Positions 53,690 through 64,000 of a DNA stretch of 64,000 bases are shown here, one piece after another. The notes beneath the pieces are model-generated. The model saw only the letters and a list, made by a program, of their open reading frames with translations. It made no database searches and was not told the origin of the DNA. The position numbers and the translations under genes are program-made. Origin of the DNA: the human T2T-CHM13v2.0 reference genome, Homo sapiens; the NCBI RefSeq assembly GCF_009914755.1, contig NC_060930.1; one strand, 5' to 3'. Positions within the stretch are counted from its first letter, which is position 1. The number at the start of each line of letters is the position of its first letter.

Positions 53690-55150
53690 TATCAATTCCT
53701 AGGCAATGGCCAATGACCTAATCACTTAATCAGCATTTAAAAAGAAATAGTCGAAAGGAGTGTAGATACAAAGGTCTGGGTAGAGGTATGTCAATGAACA
53801 TACGGTAATGAGCATGCAGTGATAAGATTTTTATCACATAAATAAGAATCCACCATGAAAAAGTACTAAATAGCTGAATAGGCTAAAAAACTTAGTCAGT
53901 TGATCATTCACCAAAGAGCTGGTAAAAGGGACACAATAGTACAGAGTAGCCATGGTGATAGATGAAGGATATGGATGGGACCAACAGCGTAGTCTCACTT
54001 ACCACAGTCAGCTTTGTTACTGCTATCCTTGAATGTCCAACCTGTAAGCAAAAAAGTCTAATGCTGAACCTCCAGTATGGCATTATTCCTTGAGAAGTTA
54101 AAAAGCCATTCGATTACAAATCAAGTACATTGGGACCCTTTCTTCTTTCAGAGTCCACAGTTTGTTTTTTGTTTTGTTTTGTTTTGTTTCTATTTTGTTT
54201 TTCTTTTCGTTTTGCTTTGTTTTTTTAGTACAGCGATAGATACCTATTATGCACATGGAGTTGCCTTCCCCGTAGGTAGAGCCTCAGTCAAAAACTGTCT
54301 GGAGGTTTGCAACATTCCTTACCAACAGACATAACCCCTCTTCCCCCACCAAACAACAAAACAAAACAAAAAAAACCCAAAAACTTCCAGTGATATAAAA
54401 TTTCACAGCAAAGAAGGTGTAAAATTGAACCCAATACCAAAGAATTGTATCCACACATCCTAGAGCACTGAAACTGCCTCCTAGGCTCAGCTGAAACACA
54501 AGAATAGAGAAACACTCTTTAAAAATAAGGCATTATACATCAGATAGAGTATACTCATTAAAGCAATAACCTCTGTATGTTGTTGTGCCCCCAAAAGAGG
54601 AGTGAATGGGTCCAAAAACCAAGAGAGGTAACCTGAGAGGCAGAGGTTCTGGTGAGCCAAGATGGCACCACTGCACTCCAGCCCAAGTGACAGAGTGAGA
54701 CTCCAAGGGGGTGAAGGGGTAGGGGATAGGATTGACTTTATATACCATCTCACTCACTGGGATCTCAATGGTTTCTGTCCATGCAAATCTGGTTCCTCAG
54801 GTTTAGAAGTCCTGGTCCCTAAAGTGAGAACACTGGCCTGAGAACACAGCAAGTGTTCCATTATATTACAAAGTTATGATCGCCACCATGACACTTTAAT
54901 TTCTTCTGTTCAGGGAACAACAGGAGAAAGGAGGAGTCTCAGCCATGACAGGTTTGTAATTCATATCAGAAGCTGGATATAGGGCTGCTTTTACACAAAG
55001 CAGTTGGGATATTTACAGAACACAGTTGATCCACTTCGGTACCTCTTGGTACTCTCTTGCTTTGTTATAAATTTGCATGCCTGTGTGCAGCAACCCAAGC
55101 TGAGAAGAGTGCATTCTCGAGGGCTTATACCCTTCAGAATGAAGGTTGAA
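53690..55150 (+). mobile_element. ERVL/MaLR-type internal pol remnant (RNase H-integrase)
   Basis: ggcaatggccaatg...ggtctgggtagaggtatgt (VWGRGM); agtagccatggtgatagatgaaggat..gaatgtccaacctgt (HHCC region); tacattgggaccctt; atagatacctat. Confidence 0.7.
54631..54704 (+). mobile_element. Tailless Alu right-arm 3' fragment
   Basis: acctgagaggcagaggtt...ccactgcactccagcc...gacagagtgagactcc with no poly-A. Confidence 0.8.
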
Positions 55151-56174
55151 TCTAAAATGTGTCTCTTATTAATAGTATATAGTTGGATCATGATTTGTGT
55201 GTGTGTGTGTGTGTGTTTCTTTAATCTCAGTTTTTTTATTGGAAGGACTAATCCATTTATAATTCATACAATTATTAATAATGTGGGATTCATATCTATC
55301 AAGTTCCTAGTTGTTTCCTATATGTCTTAGGTCATTAAGTTTCTCTATTCCTGTCTTCTATTAAATAGATATTTTCTAATGTTCATTTTAATTCACCAGA
55401 TGTTTCCTTTTACTATATTTTAGGTTATTTTCTTATTGGTTTCCTTGAGGATTATAATTAGCATGTTAGCTATAATCATATAGTTCAGATTTATAGCAAT
55501 TTATCTTACATACAATATAAAATATCAAGTTAGCTCAATTTCTTCTCTCCTCCTTTGTACTAGTGATGGTACAATTTTATGACTATTGCTGTACACAGGT
55601 CTATGCATGCTTTAAACTATATTCTTTGTCATGTGTGCCCATGATAGACTCAACTTATTTAGCTTATTGAACAGCTAGTAATCAAACAGAGAATTCTACA
55701 AATATCGTGAACCAGTAAGACATACGAATTATAAAGAAGAAGAAGAGTTACAAACTAAAACTACATTTATACTGTTTTTTAAATTATTATTTTTACCTAT
55801 GTAGTTACCTTTTCCATATACTTTCTCTTTATTTCTTGGCATAGATTCAAGTCATTCAGCAGTGTTTCTTCATTTGGCCATATGATATTTCTGTACTATT
55901 TTTTACAGAGTAGGGCTACTAGCTATGAATTCTCTCAGGCTTTCTTTTTAATTAATTCAAGAATGTCTATATTTTTCCTTTATTTTAGAAACATAGTTTT
56001 GCTGGCTAGATAATTATTGATTGACAGTCTTTTTTTCCCCAACACTTTAATATGTCATTTCACCACTTTATGGCTCTAGTGCTTCTGATGATTAGTCAGC
56101 TGTTGAACTTACTGAAGCTCCCTTGTATATTTTGAGTCATTTTTCACTTGCCACTTTAAAAATTATCTGTTTTG

Positions 56175-56292
56175 TACTATGCTCACTCCTGGATGTGGGT
56201 TAAATCACACCCCAAACCTCAGTATCACACAATATACTTTTGTAACAAACATGTGCGTGTAGCCCCTGAATCTAACATAAAAGTTGGAAAAA
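56175..56292 (+). mobile_element. Short L1PA16/L1PB-like 3'-end insert
   Basis: tactatgctcact...ccccaaacctcagtatcacacaatatac...cccctgaatctaacataaaagttg. Confidence 0.7.
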
Positions 56293-57330
56293 AATATCTT
56301 TTTGGCTTTCAACAGTTTGACTACGACGTTTCTAGATGTTTATGTTTAAACTCTTTGAGTTATCTCCTTGGGAGTTTTTTGAGCCTTTTTAGTGTATCCA
56401 TTAATGTGTTGTTGTTTTTTTTAAACACTCTTGGAAAATGAAGATTAAGGCAGAGTTTAGACTTTCCAAAGTCACAGATATTATTCCTGCCACTTTTTGT
56501 CTGTCTTTTCTTGTGACACTCTCAACACATGTCAATAAGCGTGATGATGCCCTGGAGGCTACTGGAGCTCTGTTTATTGTTCTTTCTCTTTTTTTTTAAA
56601 GACTAAATAACCTCAATTGGTGTATCTTTGAATTTTATGATTTGTTCTCTTGCCAGATGAAAATGTTGTACCTCTGTTTCATTTCAGTTATTATACTTTT
56701 CAAATTTAGCATTTACATATGGTTCTTTTTTAAAAATTATATTTCTTTATATTGTCATTGTAAACATCATTCTATATTTTCTTTTAATTCTTTGTGCATA
56801 ATTTTCTTTAGTTCTTCGAACATATTTTCAATCTTTTTTTTTTGGTAGCAGGGAGTCTTTCTGGTAAAGACAAGAAAATCTACTAGACACATTCTAAAAG
56901 AGTATGTAAAACTGAAAAATATATTTTAATAGCTAATTTAAAAACTTTTGTCTAGTAAGTTCAACATCTGGGCTTCATCGTTGCAGTTTCTATTGACTGT
57001 TTTGCTTGGCTTTTCTTCTGTGTGTGGTTCATACTTTCCTGTTTCTTTTTGTACCTCATTTTTTAACAGTCACACATATTAAATAATACAGCATGGAAAT
57101 ACAACCATGGAAATCAATTTTATCCCTTGTCTTCAGAGTTGTGTTATTGCTGCTGCTATTATTATTGTTCTTTGTTCATTTAATGACTTTCCTGAACTAA
57201 TTCTTCAAAATATTGATATAGTTTGGATGTGTGTACTTGCCCAAATCACATATTGAAATGTAATCCCAATGTTGGAGGTGGAGCCTGGTGGGAGGTGACT
57301 AAATCATGCAGGTGGAATTCTCATGAGTGG

Positions 57331-58612
57331 TGATATAATTTGCCTCTGTGTCCCAACCCAAATCTCACATTGTAGCTCCCATAGTTCCCACCACCATCCT
57401 CCAGACACCAGAATGGTAGATCCACCAACAGCTTGAACCCTGTGCCTGGAAAAACCACTGACACTGAGCACCAGTCAGTGAAAGCAGCCAGGAGGGAGGT
57501 TGCAACCTGCAGAGCCACAGGGGCAGAGCTGCCCAAGTTCAGGGTAACCCACCTCTTGCATCAGCATGACCTGGAAGTGAGACATGGAGTCAAAGGAGAT
57601 CATTTTGGAGTTTTAAGATTTGACTGCGCTGCTGGATTTTAGACTTGTGTGGACCCTGTAGCCTCTGTGTTTAGGCTAATTTAGGGCTGTATCTACCCAA
57701 TGCTTGTACCTTCATTGTATCTAGAAAGTAATTAACTTGCTTTTGATTTTACAGGCTCATGGGTGAAAAGGACTTGCTTTGTTTAGGATGAGACTTTGGA
57801 TTGTGGACTTTTGAGTTAATACTGAAATGAGTTAAGACTTTGGGGGACTGTTGGGAAGGCATGATTGATTTTGAAGTGTGAAGACATGAGATTCGGAAGG
57901 GGCCATGGTCAGAATGATATGGTTTGGCTTTGTGTGTCCACCCAAATTACATCTTGTAGCTCCCATAATTCCCACATGTTGTAGGAGGGACCCGGTGGGA
58001 GATAATTGAATCATGGGGCAGTTCTTTCCCATGCTGTTCTCCTGGTAGTGAATAAGTCTCAGGAGATCTGATGTTTTAAAAACAAGAGTTTGGGTCTGGT
58101 GTGGTGGCTCACACCTGTAATCCCAACACTTTGGGAGACTGAGGCTGGTGAATCACTTGACATCAGAAGTTTGAGACCAGCCTGCCAACATGGTGAAACC
58201 CCTCTCCACTAAAAATACAAAATTAGCCTGGTGCAGTGGCACACGCCTCTAATCCCAGGTACTCAGGAGGCTGAGACAGGAGAATCACTTGAACCTGGGG
58301 GACAGAGTTTGCAGTGAGCCAAGGTCGTGCTACTGAACTCCAGCCAGTCTTGAACTCCAGTCTCGTGCTGTCTCAAGACAAAAAACAAAAAGAAAAACAA
58401 AACAAACAAAAATGGGAGTTTGCCTGCACAAGCTCTGTATCTCTTTGCCTGCCACCATCCACTTAAGATGTGACTTGCTCTCCTTGCCTTCTGCCATGAT
58501 TGTGATGCCTCCCCAGCCATGTGGAACTATAAGTCCATTAAACACTTTTTCCTGTATAAATTACCTAGTCTCGGGTACGTCTTCATCAGCAGCATGAAAA
58601 CAGACTAATACA
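57331..58612 (+). mobile_element. THE1 (B/C-like): truncated 5' LTR, internal 3' part and 3' LTR
   Basis: 5' LTR stub 57331-57390 fused to the internal region (ccaccatcctccagac...); 3' LTR 57915-58612; TSD agtgg/aatgg. Confidence 0.88.
58092..58407 (+). mobile_element. AluS inside the THE1 3' LTR
   Basis: Alu dimer; TSD aaaaacaagagttt/aaaaatgggagttt. Confidence 0.9.
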
Positions 58613-60249
58613 AATGGTTTAGCACCAGCTACCTTGGTACTGTCCCCATTATAGTGAGTGAGTTCTCATGAGATCTGGTTGTTGAAAAGTGTACAGCATC
58701 TCCTCTACTTGCTCTTTTGCTCCTGCCTCAGCCATGGGAAGTGACTGCTCCTGCTTTGCCTTCTGCCATGAGTAAAACTCCTTGAGGCCTCCTCAGAAGC
58801 AGATGCCATCATGCTTTCTGTACAGCCTGCAGAAGTGTGAGAAAATTAAACTTCTTTTCTTATAAATTACCCACTCTAAGATATTTCTTTATAGAAATGC
58901 AAGAACAGCCTAATACTTTTATATATTCTTTGTCATATACAGCCATGGTAGACTCAACTTATTTTGCTTATTAATCAGCTAATAATTGGACAGATATTTC
59001 ATTAAATGCCTTGAATCAGTAAGTCTCCCAGCCTTTGCCGAGGGGTTCTGGATGTGTGCTAAAGCATTCCTTTGATGTTTTGCAATTTTACAGCTCTGTC
59101 TTAACCTTTATTTCCTGCATGCAAAGATCCTTAAAAATCAATCGGAAGTAAGGAATTAGGCCTTCTCAACTCTCTTTTGGCTGTGCACACAGTTCTGTGT
59201 ATATGTGTGGCATAATAGATAAATATGTTGGAGTTTTTAAAGCCCCCTGTGGACATCTTATTTTCCAGTTCTTTCTTTTCAGAGTTTTAGCTCTGCCTCT
59301 TGTTTTTTCCAGCTGGTATTGCCACTTTAGGAAGATAAGACATTAAAAATCACTGATTATTTGCAAAACATCACCGAAAGAAACATATGAGTTCAGGTAT
59401 CTTTTTTTATGTAATTATTTATTTTTCTTTGGGTATATACCCAGTAGTAGGATTGCTGGATTGAATGGTAGTTCTATTTTTAGCTCTCTGAGTAATATCC
59501 ATACTGTTTTCCATAGTATATTAGTCAGACAGTGGTCACATTAAAATCCCAGACTTTACACTCTGCAATACAGCCAGGTGACAAAACCATATTTGTACTC
59601 CTTAAATGTATAAAAATAAACAAAACAAAACAAAACAAAACCTGTATTGAGGATAGGTTAGTTCCCACCTACTGAGCTCTAAATCAGATAAAATAAAGAC
59701 CATCCCTGAGAATAAGATTTTACTAGGAAACTAATTTAATTGCTAGGCAATACAGTGACAATACTCTGCAGCTAGGGTGAGTTCCAATCTAATTCTGTTT
59801 TCTCCAATGGCTGTTAAGCTGCTACTTTCAATTGTTACCACTCTTGCATGACTACTCGTTTTTGAGGCTGTCATGGGGCTGGAAACAGGATGTAGGAACA
59901 GGGCAATTTAAAACCCGACAAGCCTGCCATTCTCACTCAGATTCCGACATTTTTTTCTTAAATAAATGCTCTTCCGGTTGTTGAAAGCCTTTTATTAATT
60001 TAGAGTGTTTACAAAGTTGATTTTGCCAATTTTTGCTGTTGTCCTCACCACTTTTACAGAAGATAAAATTTTCAGAGGTTGTGTATTAATCATCCATTCT
60101 AGGAGTGGTTCACTCTGACTTTTTAGTATAAGACTAGTGCTACTTTATGAAAACATTAAACGTAGAAATTAGTTGGTAACTTTTGTACTTTCACTTTATT
60201 GCAGAGTTGTTAAAATGAAATCAGTACTACTCCTTATTTAAAATTTTGA

Positions 60250-60630
<381 letters not shown>

Positions 60631-61286
60631 TCAATATCGTGTTAATTGTTCTTGTAGATTTCTTTAGTATGTTCTTTTTTAAATATTTGTAATACCGCAT
60701 TTTCTCTAAAAACTGTCCCAAATTTTTCCAAATGTATTTGTAGTGAATTAAAATTTATTTTAATATTTTTCTCTAAAATTGCAGTTATTTTCATATTCAT
60801 ATTTCTAAATTTGTTTATATACATATTATTATTATTGTTATTATTTTTGCTTCTGTCTCCCCTAAGGTTTTTTTGGTTGTTATTATTATTATATTTTTAA
60901 TCGAAGAAACAACTCTTTGTTTTATTGATTAATTTTTCTTCTCTTATTTCAGTTAATTTCTGTTTATGACTTTCTTTTTCTCTTTATATCTTTAATTTAT
61001 TTTGTTATTTTTCTTGAGATGAGTGCTTCAGTACAATTTCTGTTGAATTATGGGGTGTGTGGATTTAATTTGCATGCTGTTGTTTCCTTTAATTTAATAA
61101 AACCTGCTTTACAACATAAATTTGTGTTTGCTCATTTACTTTATCTAATTTACTTTAAAATATAAGGGATTTTTTAGTTCTTTTATAAAATTGTTTTTCA
61201 ACAATTTTTAAATCTCTATTTTTTCAAATTTTGCTATACATTCTGCCTTTTTGTTTTCTAATAAAATCTATGCATTATATAAAGTA

Positions 61287-61820
61287 CTATATTCACCAAT
61301 TCTAAGATACATTTTTCCCTACATTTAGATATCTCCATAATAAAAATACATCTTACAACCATTTCGGTTAAACTGTAGTCCAAATTTGGTTATTACTGAC
61401 TTGTATAGTTGAACTTGGTCATGCTGTACATATGGTCATTAGTTATAATAAGTTACTGGAATTTGTGTACTAGGCATGTTGAGTTTAACTCTAAATATGT
61501 CTCTGAAAAGATTACATTATAATTTAGCATTAAAATAAAACTAAGTTATTTTGTACCCAAAATATTCCAGAAATAAAATAGGAATGAGTAAAATTTTGAT
61601 ATTAGTGAGGTCAATATCCATTATTGGAAGAATGAATGAATTTTATATTTACTATCAAACACCGAGGAAGGGTTTCATAGGACCTAAGAAAAGAAGATTT
61701 TCAAAAATGGAGAAAATTTTGATAGTTTAACTAATAGCATCTATTTTCTTTCCTTTATGATATAAAATTTTGGGTATATCATTAAAACATTGATGGAGGC
61801 TTTGATTTGGTGAAATGTAG
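61287..61820 (+). mobile_element. Kanga1/MER104-type TcMar-Tc2 DNA transposon fossil
   Basis: TIR-like ends ctatattcaccaattctaagatac and ctttgatttggtgaaatgtag; internal atgtctctgaaaagattacattat (MSLKRLHY) resembles a transposase start. Confidence 0.6.
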
Positions 61821-64000
61821 CTTTTTCTTTCTGGTAACTTGATTTGTTCTCTATTATTAATTAATTTATTTATTTAATGAGTTAGTGTTTGTCTTCATCT
61901 GCAAAATTTAAAATGAACACATTTATTGTTTCCATAGTTATTGATTTTTAATACGATATTATTTTTTCATAAAAGCCGGAGTTACCAACATTTTCTTCTT
62001 TTGACATTTATTTACTCTTTTTAATGATATTATATTATTTTTCTATTTCCAAAATTGATATTCAACACAAGCTTCCATAGTTAGAATTGTCTTATTTTGT
62101 TAGATTTCAAAAATAATGCAGAACTCACTCTCAACCCTGCAACCGCTACTTCTTCATTGCCTAATTAACACTCTTCTAGTTTTTTGAAATCTGTGGTAAC
62201 TTAAAATTATTTTTCCAAGGGTCTGAGAAATTCTGTATCTTATGAGTTTTAGCATACTAAGCATTGCACTTATACTTAAATAAAAATGTTTCTGCATTGA
62301 GTTTTCCTGGGTGATACATTTTAATCAGAATTTATTTCTTGTTCCAGTGTCTTCTAGCAATTGAATGTTGCACTGGAGAAATCTGAGATGAGCTTGCTGT
62401 CTTTTCCTTGTCTTTTTGCCTGAATCCATACTGTCTTTTCTGATTCTTTGAAATTTAACTTCATTGTACTTTTTCTTGATATTGGTTTTCTGTAGAGTTT
62501 TTTCCTTGAGACACAGAGGTCACATTTAAGCAGAAGAATTAATTCTTTCTTTACTTCAGAAAAATTTTCTTTGGTCATGTACCTAAATGTGTATTTGTCT
62601 CCTAGGTTTTTGTGCCTGAATAATACAAATGAGGCATATCACAATGACTTGCTCTTTTTTCTAATGTCTCTAATCTTTATTTATTACTTAATTATTTAAT
62701 TTAATTTTTTCCTAGCAGTTCTGTCATTTTTCTTATTAAAGATTGTGTTACCAGTATAAAATATTTAATTTTGCTACTTCTATATGGCTCTGCTCTCAGT
62801 TTTGAACATCCTTATTTTCCATTTATTTTCTGAAACATGAGACATATGAAAAATATTATTAGCTTTAGCTCATCTGTTAGCTAAATTTCATTTGTTTTCT
62901 CTTCTCCTGTGTCTCAATAGAGAAATATTTTTATAGGGTCCTTTTTTTTTACCCTTTAATTTGGTTTAGAATATTGAACATTATTTTCTGGCAAATTCTT
63001 ACTTCTTCTAGAATTATTATTCTCATGTATAATATCTTTCTTGAAGTTTTGTATGTTTGTTTTCTGTTTTGGAGATATTCTGAATGAGTAAATTATCTGA
63101 TATTACTTACGATTTGTTTATTTGATAAAAGTGGTTTAATCTTGACCTTCTATGTGCTGAAAAATATGACAGAAGGAAGTGAAGAAATGAGCTAAAGCAG
63201 CTGGAAGCTGTAATCAGATTTTTCAAAACATTTTCTCTTGCGTGTTAGCTCCATTTGCTAATTTGGATGTATAGTGCCTCTCAGCTTTTTATCTTTCCAC
63301 TTCCTACGTTTGAGCAAGAGGTCATCATGACTCATTGGGAGGCTAAGTATAAGGTTAGGACTTTTTTTTTTTTTAATTTACATTTCTCTACTCAGTTGCC
63401 TCAGGTTAATAGCAGAAAACTTCTCTGTTTAACAAAGTAGGCCAAAAAAAAAGGATGTTTTTTTATGTCACGATATTTCTTCCATCATATTTTGGGTGTG
63501 GAATTCAGTGGACCAATTTTCGTACCTTCTCTGTGATCCTATCCAAATCACTGAATTTTCATTGTTCTCATATTTTGCTTGGGTTTTCAAAAATGTGCTA
63601 CTTCTTGGTAGAAAAACCTGTACCCTGTCACTTTGTTCAGTATTTTAGTGTTAGGCAAGGAGGTTATAAGCATCTTAACAAATCACATTAACATGAGAAT
63701 CGTGTGCTTGACTGTTTATTTGTTCACTCTGTATGCATATCTTTGTGAATGTGTATGTGAGTTCCTAAGTGTATGTGCTGGAGGCATGATTATAAAGAGT
63801 AAAGATATACAAGTACTTATTTCAGTGTTTTCTTTTTGTCCACTACAACCAGAGAAATAATACATTTAGTGTCATCAACTTAGAAACAATCTAATATTCT
63901 TTTTTATTCATGAACTAGGAAACTTTTTAAAATAGCAAAACGTTATTTTAAATTATTTCTGAAGGTGTAATCTATCTGTAGGCACAGTTTGATCATATTA

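Larger units (their letters stand above)
57214..58916 (+). mobile_element. MSTA LTR split by a THE1 element
   Basis: tgatatagtttggatgtgtg... to 57330; resumes at 58613 with aatggtttagcacc...; ends aagaacagcctaatac. Confidence 0.85.
55150..60120 (-). mobile_element. Old L1M (L1MC/MD-like), antisense, interrupted by MaLR, Alu and L1 inserts
   Basis: ctaaaatgtgtctctt...tagttggatcatg; tagttttgctggctagataatt; tctagtaagttcaacatctgggctt; continues after 58920. Confidence 0.65.

Overview
Eukaryotic, primate (human-like), AT-rich non-coding DNA: a gene desert or deep intron dominated by transposable elements (Alu, L1, L2, MIR, MaLR/ERVL/ERV1 LTR elements, DNA transposon fossils). I see no intact protein-coding gene, RNA gene or CRISPR array. 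The longer ORFs in the track come from L1, ERV, Alu or simple repeats. The centre (about 29.7-45.5 kb) is a deep nest. An old L1M hosts a decayed ERV1 provirus (tRNA-Ile PBS; gag, pol and env remnants) that carries an antisense LTR12 and an MST fragment. The same L1M hosts a twin-primed, 5'-inverted L1PA6/7. The inverted arm of that L1 contains a 5'-truncated processed pseudogene of TCERG1 (CA150) with no clear TSD. The pseudogene carries an AluJ and looks much older than the L1 around it, so it is probably a retrocopy of a retrocopy, possibly captured by template switching during the L1 insertion. Other oddities: an internally inverted MER44, an Alu inside an Alu, two dispersed local templated duplications, and a perfect 51-bp tandem duplication. 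Family names come from recalled consensus sequences, not a search, so subfamily labels are tentative.
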